Shown in pieces: positions 26,445-34,330 of a stretch of DNA of 64,000 nucleotides. The stretch's first letter is position 1, and each line of letters starts with the position of its first letter. The position numbers were made by a program, and so were the translations under genes. The DNA is taken from the NCBI GenBank assembly GCA_036524115.1, contig DATDCY010000315.1:41917-105916 (forward strand), written 5' to 3'. The notes below the pieces were generated by a model. That model was given only the letters and a program-made list of their open reading frames with translations, was not told the DNA's origin and made no database searches. The DNA comes from a bacterium (lineage in GTDB: Bacteria; JAUVQV01; DATDCY01).

Positions 26445-26497
26445 TGACAGGCGCGGGTGATTCCCCTACTTTCTGGCATTCGTGGCGCCATGTTGAC
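26445..26497. promoter_or_regulatory. Divergent promoter region with two TTGACAGG repeats
   Basis: cgcTTGACAGGcgcg occurs at about 26445 and tgTTGACAGGacg at about 26490. They lie in the 190-bp gap between the ABC ATPase gene (minus strand) and the rSAM-SPASM gene (plus strand). Confidence 0.25.
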
Positions 26498-26515
26498 AGG
26501 ACGAGAAGCACCGCA

Positions 26516-27592
26516 GTGAGCCGACACCCCCTGCCCACCGGCTCTTCCGAGTTCCCGCCCGACGTCATCGCCGCGGCCGCCCGCGCGGGCCGCCTGCTGA
26601 CGATGGAGATCGAGTTCAGCCTGCGCTGCAACTTCCGCTGCCCGTACTGCTACGTGCCCGGGAAGGAGCAGGCGCCCGACGAGCTCTCCGTGGAGGAGAT
26701 CCGCTCGGCCATCCTCCAGGCCAAGGCGCTCGGCGCGAGCAGGATCATCGTGCTCGGCGGCGAGCCGACGATCTACCCCGCCACGCCGGAGCTGATCGCG
26801 TTCATGCGGGAGAACGGCCTGGAGGTCGAGCTGTTCACCAACGGCACGGGGATCACCGGGGAGTTCGCCCGCATGCTGCACCGCCACCAGGTGCGGGTGG
26901 CCCTGAAGATGAACGCCTTCGACCCGGCGCTGCAGGACCGGCTCTCGGGGCGCGACGGCGCGCACCGCATCATCGGCGCGGCGCTGGAGCGGCTCAAGGC
27001 CCTCGGCTATCCCGATGCGGGGCACCAGCTCGCGATCAGCTCCGTGATCTGCCGGCAGAACATCGCCGACCTGCCGCGCCTCTGGCAGTGGGCGCGGGAG
27101 CAGGGGATCCTGCCGTACTTCGAGATCATCACGCCCCAGGCCAACGCCCTGGACAACCCGTGGCTGGACGTGCACCCCCCCGAGCTGGAGGCGTTCTTCC
27201 GCACGATTGCCGACCTGGACGAGCGCCTCTTCGGCCACCGCTGGGAGATCCAGCCGCCCCTCGTCGGCGGCCAGTGCATGCGCCACCAGTACTCGTGCGT
27301 CGTGACCGCCCGGGGCGACGTCATGCCCTGCGTCGGCGTCGCCATCGCGCTCGGGAACATCCGCGAGCAGCCGCTGGCCGAGATCCTCGCCGGCAGCCAG
27401 GTGCTCAGGGACCTGAAGAACTACCGCGAGACGATCAAGGGCGGCTGCAGCACCTGCGACCGCGCGGATGTCTGCTACGGCTGCCGGGGCGCTGCCTTCC
27501 AGATCACCAGCGACTACCTGGCGTCCGATCCGCTCTGCTGGCGCAACTGGCGGGAGGAGCGTCGAGCCGCCGGCTCACGGGACGCCCGCTAG
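26516..27592 (+). CDS. Radical SAM enzyme with C-terminal SPASM domain
   Basis: The CxxxCxxC cluster is CNFRCPYC. GGEPT is present. The C-terminal Cys cluster is CSTCDRADVCYGCRGAAF. The start is GTG 26516 or ATG 26603. Confidence 0.75.
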   Translation: MSRHPLPTGSSEFPPDVIAAAARAGRLLTMEIEFSLRCNFRCPYCYVPGKEQAPDELSVEEIRSAILQAKALGASRIIVLGGEPTIYPATPELIAFMRENGLEVELFTNGTGITGEFARMLHRHQVRVALKMNAFDPALQDRLSGRDGAHRIIGAALERLKALGYPDAGHQLAISSVICRQNIADLPRLWQWAREQGILPYFEIITPQANALDNPWLDVHPPELEAFFRTIADLDERLFGHRWEIQPPLVGGQCMRHQYSCVVTARGDVMPCVGVAIALGNIREQPLAEILAGSQVLRDLKNYRETIKGGCSTCDRADVCYGCRGAAFQITSDYLASDPLCWRNWREERRAAGSRDAR

Positions 27593-28560
27593 GCCCGGCG
27601 GCGGGCGTACAGCCACAGCATCTCGCCCTTCGTCCCCGAGGGGACGGTGCCCTCCGTCTCGAACCCGTTGGCGGCCAGGATCGCGCGAAGCTGCTCCTCC
27701 GGCCGAAACCACGTCCGCAGGCCGCGGAGGTTGTTGATCAGCCGGTCGGCCCACCAGGACCAGGGACAGCTGCGGGTCGGGAGCATCACCGCGCGGATGA
27801 CCAGCGGCGCGCCCGCGGCCAGGCGCTCGCGGAGCCGCGAGAGCGTGAGCCCGAGCTGCGCGTCGTCCAGGTAGTGCAGCATGTCCAGCATGAAGGCGCC
27901 GTCCGCGCCCATCGGAGACGGCGGGAGATCCGGAGCGGCCCCGCGGACGATCGTCCCGCTCTCGCCGAGGGCGCGGGCCGCCACGCGCACTCCTTCGGCC
28001 AGGGGGTCGATGCCGTAGAGGTGCACGCCGGGGAAGGTCTCTGCCAGCCAGCAGGCCGGCACGCCGTTGCCGGTGCCGATGTCCAGCAGCACGCGGGGCG
28101 GCGCGGCGAAAATCGGCCGGCCCGCCAGTTCGCGGAACAGCGGGTCGAGCTTCAGCTTGAAGCGCACGAACAGCCGGGCGTTCGGTTCCAGGCGCGCATA
28201 GCGGGCGCGGATGCGCTCCTCCAGGCTGGCCGCGGGCGGCGGCGTCCGCGGCCGTCCCTCGAGGCTGCGGAGAACGCGCGCGAGCGCCGGGTGCCGGGCC
28301 GCGCCGTGGCGCTGGTACGATCGCGCCGCGAGCAGCGACCAGATCGCGCTGGCGCCCAGGACGACCAGCGTCAGGATCTGCCCAGGGAAGTCCATCGCCC
28401 GCCCGAGCAGGGCCAGGGCCCCGAGCGTCCCGGCCGTGGCGAGCACGACCGGCACGAGCGCGAGGAGGGTCAGGCGCACATCGAGCAGGAGGACGGACAG
28501 CAGAGCGACGCCGATCGAGCCGACGGCCGCCAGCAGCCCGGCGAAGGTCCTGGGCTCCAC
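27589..28560 (-). CDS. Membrane-anchored class I SAM-dependent methyltransferase
   Basis: Three N-terminal TM helices are followed by LLDIGTGNGV and hxhxD motifs. The start is GTG. Confidence 0.7.
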   Translation of the reverse strand: MEPRTFAGLLAAVGSIGVALLSVLLLDVRLTLLALVPVVLATAGTLGALALLGRAMDFPGQILTLVVLGASAIWSLLAARSYQRHGAARHPALARVLRSLEGRPRTPPPAASLEERIRARYARLEPNARLFVRFKLKLDPLFRELAGRPIFAAPPRVLLDIGTGNGVPACWLAETFPGVHLYGIDPLAEGVRVAARALGESGTIVRGAAPDLPPSPMGADGAFMLDMLHYLDDAQLGLTLSRLRERLAAGAPLVIRAVMLPTRSCPWSWWADRLINNLRGLRTWFRPEEQLRAILAANGFETEGTVPSGTKGEMLWLYARRRA

Positions 28561-28597
28561 CTTGATTGTTGGCCGCGGCTCGGCTAGGTTCTAGCCG

Positions 28598-29014
28598 ATG
28601 GCCTCCGGGAACTTGAACGTCTCGCGCCCCCTCGGCGGCCGGCTCGTGGCCCGGCTGGCCCGGACGCGCTTCGTGCGCACCGCCATGGAAGGCGAGGCGG
28701 CGGATCTCGGCGCCCTGCGGGGCAAGCCCTCTCCCGCGGTGATCCTGGGCGTCGCGCTCATCGGCTTCAGTTATATCATCGGCTGGCCGGCCGTGGCACT
28801 GCTCGGGCTGCTCGCCGCCCATTTCCAGCGCATGGCCATCGTCGTGGTGGGCGGCCCGCTCGTGTACGGCCTCTCGCACCTGGTGTTCATGCTGGGGATG
28901 TACTTCGCCGGGAATCACTACGCGCCCATCTTCCTGCGCTGCGCCGCCCGGGCCGTGATGCGCAAGCTGCTCGCGCGCTATCCCAGCGCGGCGCCGGGCT
29001 TCTCGGAGACGTAG
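28598..29014 (+). CDS. Small integral membrane protein, unknown function
   Basis: Three hydrophobic spans are present (VILGVALIGFSYIIGWPAVALLGLLAA..., IVVVGGPLVYGLSHLVFMLGMYFAG). Confidence 0.4.
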   Translation: MASGNLNVSRPLGGRLVARLARTRFVRTAMEGEAADLGALRGKPSPAVILGVALIGFSYIIGWPAVALLGLLAAHFQRMAIVVVGGPLVYGLSHLVFMLGMYFAGNHYAPIFLRCAARAVMRKLLARYPSAAPGFSET

Positions 29015-29109
29015 CGGCGCAGACTATCGCAGGCTTCTGCCTGGAGAAGGAAATCCACAAGAATCCTAAGTAGTTGTCTTTGTGTACTGCCCGCTCACCA
29101 CAAACTCAC

Positions 29110-29142
29110 TTGTGTAAAGCACAGCCAATATCTCTTTACACA
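29110..29142. promoter_or_regulatory. Perfect 10-bp inverted repeat (candidate operator) upstream of fic
   Basis: TTGTGTAAAG - N13 - CTTTACACAA sits in a locally AT-rich segment. A third TTTGTGTAC copy lies at 29079-29087. Confidence 0.4.
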
Positions 29143-29183
29143 AACCATCTTTCGGCTACAATGATTTCCGCAAGGAGGATGGT

Positions 29184-30299
29184 TTGAAACCGGCGATCCC
29201 AAAGAAGCTTCCCCTGGCAAGCCTGGGCTGGGGCGATCTGATCCCCCCAATTGCCGCGGCCAATCGCGCCCTTGCCCTCTACGAAGGCATTCTCCACGGC
29301 GTCCCGGAGCCGCAGGTCCTGCTCTCGCCGCTGACGACCAACGAGGCCGTCCTCTCTTCCCGCATCGAGGGGACGCGGGCCACGCTCAACGAAGTGCTCG
29401 AGTTCGAGGCCGGGGCCGAAATCGTCGAAGAGTCGAAGCGCCAGGACATTCAGGAGATCATCAATTATCGGCGCGCCCTGCGCCGTGCGGAGGAGGAGCT
29501 TGTCGGCCGCCCCTTCAACCTCAATCTGCTCAAGGAGCTGCACGATATTCTCCTCGACAGCGTCAGGGGCCGCAACCGGGAGCCGGGGCGCTTCCGTACG
29601 ACACAGAACTACATTGGCGCGCGCAACGCACCCATTGAGCAGGCCGCGTTCATTCCGCCCGAGCCGGGGCTGCTGCTGGAATGCCTCGACAACTGGGAGA
29701 GGTACTACCACGCCGAGGAACGCGATGCCCTCGTTCAATTGGCGATCGTCCACGCCCAGTTCGAGATAATTCACCCCTTCTCGGACGGCAATGGCAGAAT
29801 CGGACGCATCCTCGTGCCGCTCTTCCTCTACGAGCGCAAGATTCTCTCCCGCCCGATGTTCTATCTCTCGGGCTACCTTGAAGAGCACCGGGACGAGTAC
29901 ATCGCTCATCTGCGTGCTTTGAACGGCCCGGAAAGCTGGAATCGTTGGGTGCGCTTCTTCCTCGGCGCGCTCGTCGAACAAGCCCGCGAGAACGCCGACA
30001 AGGCGCGTGGCATTCTCGCCCTCTATGAGAGGCTCAAGGTCCAGGTGCTCGGCCTCACGCACTCGCAGTACGCGATTCCGCTTCTCGACCGGCTCTTCCG
30101 GCAGCCGGTCTTCTCGAGCAGCAGCGTGACAGGCGCCGCAGCCATGCCGAGCAAGCCGATGGTCATGAACCTCCTGCGGAAGCTCCGTGAGGCAGGCATC
30201 CTCACGGTGGTGCGGGAGGGGAGCGGGCGACGGCCGCAAATCCTGGCGCTCGCGGAACTCGTGAACCTCTGTGAGGGAAAGCCCGTCTTCCGGATGTAG
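29184..30299 (+). CDS. Fic family protein (AMPylase/adenylyltransferase-type)
   Basis: The canonical Fic motif is HPFSDGNGRIGR. The RBS is AAGGAGG. The ORF is 371 aa. Confidence 0.85.
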   Translation: MKPAIPKKLPLASLGWGDLIPPIAAANRALALYEGILHGVPEPQVLLSPLTTNEAVLSSRIEGTRATLNEVLEFEAGAEIVEESKRQDIQEIINYRRALRRAEEELVGRPFNLNLLKELHDILLDSVRGRNREPGRFRTTQNYIGARNAPIEQAAFIPPEPGLLLECLDNWERYYHAEERDALVQLAIVHAQFEIIHPFSDGNGRIGRILVPLFLYERKILSRPMFYLSGYLEEHRDEYIAHLRALNGPESWNRWVRFFLGALVEQARENADKARGILALYERLKVQVLGLTHSQYAIPLLDRLFRQPVFSSSSVTGAAAMPSKPMVMNLLRKLREAGILTVVREGSGRRPQILALAELVNLCEGKPVFRM

Positions 30300-30365
30300 C
30301 CAACGAGAAGAACTCATGGCCAGACGGCTCATCTGGTGGAGCCGACGCAGAACGTGTAGGAGCCG

Positions 30366-30647
30366 CTAACCGGCAGGGGGTTTGCGAACCTTCCTCCAGG
30401 TTTCCTCGTAGATCGTCCGGCGTGGGCCGACGGCGACGATCTCGATCACCGTCCCGGCGACCCGGTAGATGATCCGGAACCGGGCGACGCGACAACTCCG
30501 CAGACCCCCAAGCTCATCGCGAAGCGCCTTGCCGATGGTCGGGTCGTCGAGCAGGTCGTCGAGGGCTGACCGGATCTTGCGCTTCAGGTCGGGGTGAAGC
30601 CCCCGGATCAGTGCGGCGACGTCATCGGGGATCCTGAGTCGACGCAT
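30366..30647 (-). CDS. Type II toxin RelE/ParE family
   Basis: The ORF is 93 aa. ...RVARFRIIYRVAGTVIEIVAVGPRRTIY is typical of the RelE/ParE fold. It is coupled downstream of the antitoxin. Confidence 0.75.
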   Translation of the reverse strand: MRRLRIPDDVAALIRGLHPDLKRKIRSALDDLLDDPTIGKALRDELGGLRSCRVARFRIIYRVAGTVIEIVAVGPRRTIYEETWRKVRKPPAG

Positions 30648-30659
30648 GAGGATGAAGGG

Positions 30660-30923
30660 TCAGTCGGCGAATAGTTCGTCCAGTGTGTACAACGTCGCTT
30701 TGCCGCGCTTGAGGGCAGAGAGTCCCCGGCGGATTTCGGCGACGAGATCCGCATCTGCCCGGACCGCAGCCGTTTCCTTCCAGCTCTCGAAATCATCCGG
30801 GCTCACGAGAACCGCGGCCGCCCGCCCGTTGCGGGTGATGACGATCTCCTCGTCGTGCCCCTCGACCGCGTCGAGCAGGGCGCTGAGCCGAGCCTTGGCC
30901 TCGGAGAGCGGGACCGTTTTCAT
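30660..30923 (-). CDS. Type II antitoxin Phd/YefM family
   Basis: MKTVPLSEAKARLSALLDAVEGHDEEIVITRNGRAAAVLVSPDDFESW is present. The ORF is 87 aa. Confidence 0.8.
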   Translation of the reverse strand: MKTVPLSEAKARLSALLDAVEGHDEEIVITRNGRAAAVLVSPDDFESWKETAAVRADADLVAEIRRGLSALKRGKATLYTLDELFAD

Positions 30924-31035
30924 CGCACACGCTCCTGTATGGTCAGAATTATGACCAATGTAGGCTGGGGGGGATGGCTTGTCAACGGGCGGGTCCAGTC
31001 TGCCATCACCAAGAAACGTACCTCTCGGTCTCCCG

Positions 31036-32643
31036 CTAGCCGGCTTCCTCGCCGGGGACGTCCCCCCGGCGCAGCAGCGTGATCACGTGCCCGTCGAGTT
31101 CCGCGTGGCGGGCTGCGACCGACGGTCCCGCGCCAAGGGCGACGCGGCTCTCCTCCGGCCCGATCTCCAGCACGCGCACCTGTCCCCAGGCAACGGCGAG
31201 GTCGATGCCCAGTACCTTGGCGGCGGCCTCCTTGACGGTCCAGACGCGCGCGGCCGCCGCGATCGCGCCGAGCTGCGACGACGCGACCAGCGTCTGCTCC
31301 GCATCGTCGGCGTAGAGCGGGAGGTTCTCGAGAAGACGGTCCTGGAGCGCTTCCACGTCCACGCCGACGGCCGTCTCCGCGGCCACGGCGATGGTGAAGC
31401 GCCGGTCGTGCGACACGCTGCAGCGCAGGCCCGTCCCGCCGGCCAGCGGCCTGACGCCGTCCCCGTCCAGCGTGTGGATGGCGGTCGCGGGGGTGCGCTC
31501 ATCGCCGGTCAGCCGGCGGAAGAGGCGTTTGCACGCGAGGCGTGAAGAACAATACGAGGTCCGGCGCCGCTCGCCCATCCCGGCCGTGCGCAGGCGCTCG
31601 GTCTCGGTGAGACACTGCTCCGCAAAGGGCATCAGCGTGGCCTGTTCGATGAGGACCACGGCGGCGCATCCCCGGGCGATCGGTCCGAGGGGATCCTCCT
31701 CCGCCCCGGCGCGGACCCACGCCGGCGGCTGCAGCGTCCCGCCGCTCACGTCGCGCATGGTCACCCCGTGGAGCACCTCGCACGGCTGGCCCGCCATGTC
31801 CAGGATCCAGATGTCGAAGGTCAGCACGCCCGCGGCGGCCCCCACGGGGAAGATCCGGCTCACGTAGGTGCCGCCCTCCGTGGGCCGCACGATCTCCCGC
31901 CGGCGGAAGCCCACGGGAAAGGCCACGATCCCCGCGTGCCGCTGGCTCCAGACGCAGGCGGCGTGCAGCGCGGCGTCGAGCACGAAGGGCGAGCCGAGGG
32001 GCGGCTCGGGCGCGTCCTGGCTGCGCGCGGGGGCGTCGATCACCGCGAGCGCCCCCTCGGGCGAGACGAACAGGGGGCGGGCGATCGTCCGGAACGCGGG
32101 GCCGAACGGGACGAGGTCCCGGTAGATCGCCTCCGGCTCCACCGTGAGGCAGCGGCCCGCGAGCGCGGCGGCGAGGTCCAGGGCCGCCGGGATCTCCGGC
32201 CGCTCTTCGGCGACGAACTCGACCTGCGCATGAACCCGCGTGCGCGTCATGCCGGAGGACCCGGCCGCCGTCCGCGTGAGCAGCGCGGCGCGCAGGGAGC
32301 CGTCGTCCAGCGGGCGCAGCTCGCACCAGGCCGCGATCGGGCCTCCGCCGCTTGGCAGCTCGAGGAACTTGTCGAAGGTCGCGTTGCGCAGGCGGCGCAC
32401 CGGCCGGCCCGGTTCGCGCTCGCGGACCCAGCCCGCCAGCAGCTGCATGGCCTCCACGGCCGGGAGCACGGCCCGCCCCTGGAAGCGGTGGTCGGCCCAG
32501 GCGGGCTCGACCGGGATCGTCACGGCCAGGCGGCCGTCGGGACCTAGCGGGGGAAGCGCGCCCACAACTCCAGGGTCTTCTCGTCGATGCCCACCGGGAT
32601 GCCCCTGGCGTTCACCGCGCAGTGCCGCGTGAAGCCGGTGCAC
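31036..32643 (-). CDS. Fusion of PKS-type dehydratase (double hotdog, HxxxGxxxxP) with C-terminal Sfp-type 4'-phosphopantetheinyl transferase
   Basis: The DH motif is PAWADHRFQGRAVLPAVEAMQLLAGW. PPTase motifs GVDVEALQ and WTVKEAAAKVLG lie in the C-terminal 120 aa. The ATG at 32643 would overlap the upstream thioesterase by 100 nt. A GTG at 32565 is an alternative. Confidence 0.6.
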   Translation of the reverse strand: MHRLHAALRGERQGHPGGHRREDPGVVGALPPLGPDGRLAVTIPVEPAWADHRFQGRAVLPAVEAMQLLAGWVREREPGRPVRRLRNATFDKFLELPSGGGPIAAWCELRPLDDGSLRAALLTRTAAGSSGMTRTRVHAQVEFVAEERPEIPAALDLAAALAGRCLTVEPEAIYRDLVPFGPAFRTIARPLFVSPEGALAVIDAPARSQDAPEPPLGSPFVLDAALHAACVWSQRHAGIVAFPVGFRRREIVRPTEGGTYVSRIFPVGAAAGVLTFDIWILDMAGQPCEVLHGVTMRDVSGGTLQPPAWVRAGAEEDPLGPIARGCAAVVLIEQATLMPFAEQCLTETERLRTAGMGERRRTSYCSSRLACKRLFRRLTGDERTPATAIHTLDGDGVRPLAGGTGLRCSVSHDRRFTIAVAAETAVGVDVEALQDRLLENLPLYADDAEQTLVASSQLGAIAAAARVWTVKEAAAKVLGIDLAVAWGQVRVLEIGPEESRVALGAGPSVAARHAELDGHVITLLRRGDVPGEEAG

Positions 32644-33029
32644 GCCAGGGCGCCGCCCTCGGCGTGGGTGATGACGTAATCGAACTGTGCCTTGACCCGC
32701 TCGAGCGTGGACGGACGCGTGTGGATGTACATCGCGTCGTCGTAGGTCAGCGGGCTGAAGTACTCCAGCCCCGTGGCGATGATCGGGTAGACGAAGCCGC
32801 TCGCCTCGACGTCCTTGTAGGTGTAGCCGGAGTCGCGCATCAGCGAGGCCCGCCCGAACTCGAAGTAGCGCAGGTAGTTCGAGTGGTAGACCACCTGGGA
32901 GCGGTCAGTGTCGGCATACAAGGTGCGCAGCTGGCAGCGGTGCCACACCAGGCCGCTGGTGCGGTCGCGCACGTAGTTCGCGGCGGCATCGCCGTCGAGG
33001 GGCTCGGGGCGAAACGGCTTCGGTCGCAC
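32544..33029 (-). CDS. 4HBT/YbgC-like acyl-CoA or acyl-ACP thioesterase
   Basis: Hotdog thioesterase signatures are present (VVYHSNYLRYFEFGRASLM, ...GFVYPIIATGLEY). Confidence 0.75.
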   Translation of the reverse strand: MRPKPFRPEPLDGDAAANYVRDRTSGLVWHRCQLRTLYADTDRSQVVYHSNYLRYFEFGRASLMRDSGYTYKDVEASGFVYPIIATGLEYFSPLTYDDAMYIHTRPSTLERVKAQFDYVITHAEGGALACTGFTRHCAVNARGIPVGIDEKTLELWARFPR

Positions 33030-33030
33030 G

Positions 33031-34296
33031 CTACACGCCTCTGAAGACGACGCAGCAGTTGGTGCCGCCGAAGCCGAACGCGTTGGAGAGCAGGAACTCC
33101 TGGGCGTGGCGGCGCGCCTGCCTGGGGACGACGTCGATGTCGTCGAAGGCCGGGTCCGGGATGTGGTTGACCGTCGGGAGCACCAGCCCCCGGCGCATGC
33201 CCTCTATGCCGAGCGCCGCCTCGACGGCGGCCGCCGCCCCGAGGGTGTGGCCGATCTGGGACTTGTTGGCGGAGATCGGGATCTTCCCCAGGGCTTGCCC
33301 GAACACGGCGCGCAGGCAGGCCACCTCCACCGCGTCCCCCTTGGGCGTGGAGGTGCCGTGGGCGTTGACCGCGTCGATGTCGGCCGGCTCGAGCCCGGCG
33401 TCGTCGATCGCCTCGCGGATGGCCCGCACGATGGTCTCCTGGTTGGGCATCGTGAAGTGGTGGGCGTCGGAGGTCCAGCCGATCCCGGCCACCTCGGCCA
33501 GCGGCTTCAGCCCATGCTCGGCCAGCGCGGTGTCCGCCGCGAGCACCAGGACGCCTCCGCCCTCGGCCATGACGAAGCCCTTGCGGTCGACGCTGAACGG
33601 GCGGGAGGCCTGCGTGGGGTCCGCGAACGCCCGGTCGCCCTCCGTGACCTTGATGGTGGCCCACATGTTGGAGAACCCCTGGATGATCTCGGGGATCAGA
33701 CAGGTCTCCACGCCGCCGGCGAGCACGAAGTCGCAGTCGCCGTCCCGGATCATGCGCGCGCCGATGGCGATCGCGTGGTTGCCCGAGGCGCAGGCGCCCT
33801 GCGGCGAGAAGATCGGCCCGGTGAAGCCGAGCAGCATGCCGGCCTTGCCGGCGGGCACGTTCGCGCAGAGGTTCGGGAGCAGGTACGGGCTGACCTTCGT
33901 CGGGCCCTCCCGCGCCAGGTTCTCCACGGCGATGCGCATCGCGTCGCTGCCGTTGAGGGCGGAGCCCACGAGGCACGCCGTCCGCGGGCCGGTGCGCCCG
34001 TCCATGGCGAGCCCGGCGTGCGCCAGGGCCCGCTTGCAGAGGGCCATCGTCAGGAAGACGAAGTCGGCGTTCCAGCTGCCGGCATCCTTGGCCTTGACGA
34101 AGTCCAGGGACTCCGGACGCCAGTCGGGGATCTCCCCCACGACGTTGCTGCGCGAGTCGGTGGCGCAGCGCGTCACCCGCCGGAAGCCGGCCTCGCCGCG
34201 CACGGCGCGCTCCCAGGTGCTCTCGAGCGTGGAGCCAAGCGCCGTGGCCACGTCGTAGCCGACGACGTAGACCTTCCGGTTCAGCGGCGGCCTCAT
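33031..34296 (-). CDS. Beta-ketoacyl-ACP synthase (FabF/FabB-type KS, active Cys-His-His)
   Basis: The start is MRPPLNRKVYVVGYDV. Catalytic contexts are GACASGNHAIAIG, NAHGTSTPKGD and IGHTLGAAAAVEA. Confidence 0.85.
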   Translation of the reverse strand: MRPPLNRKVYVVGYDVATALGSTLESTWERAVRGEAGFRRVTRCATDSRSNVVGEIPDWRPESLDFVKAKDAGSWNADFVFLTMALCKRALAHAGLAMDGRTGPRTACLVGSALNGSDAMRIAVENLAREGPTKVSPYLLPNLCANVPAGKAGMLLGFTGPIFSPQGACASGNHAIAIGARMIRDGDCDFVLAGGVETCLIPEIIQGFSNMWATIKVTEGDRAFADPTQASRPFSVDRKGFVMAEGGGVLVLAADTALAEHGLKPLAEVAGIGWTSDAHHFTMPNQETIVRAIREAIDDAGLEPADIDAVNAHGTSTPKGDAVEVACLRAVFGQALGKIPISANKSQIGHTLGAAAAVEAALGIEGMRRGLVLPTVNHIPDPAFDDIDVVPRQARRHAQEFLLSNAFGFGGTNCCVVFRGV

Positions 34297-34330
34297 CTCG
34301 CTCGCTCGCGCTGGCGGGGGTGGCGGGTCG

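Larger units (their letters stand above)
29015..31035. other. About 2-kb accessory insertion (Fic + Phd/RelE) inside the biosynthetic island
   Basis: Local GC drops in the flanks (29040-29180, 30300-30365, 30924-30990). Gene content is unrelated to the surrounding lipid genes. No integrase, transposase or terminal direct repeats were found. Confidence 0.4.

Noticed and set aside
26262-26447. 61-aa ORF in the rSAM/ABC divergent region as a possible RiPP precursor
   Set aside because: It is Arg/Gly-rich, lacks an RBS, has no leader or core features and is not followed by Cys/Ser/Thr-rich core. It is probably a non-coding promoter region.
27088-28918. 499-aa plus-strand and 447-aa minus-strand ORFs overlapping the rSAM-SPASM 3' end and the methyltransferase
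   Set aside because: They are alternative frames of the well-supported methyltransferase (27589..28560, minus strand, DIGTGNG motif) and the rSAM. They have no motifs.
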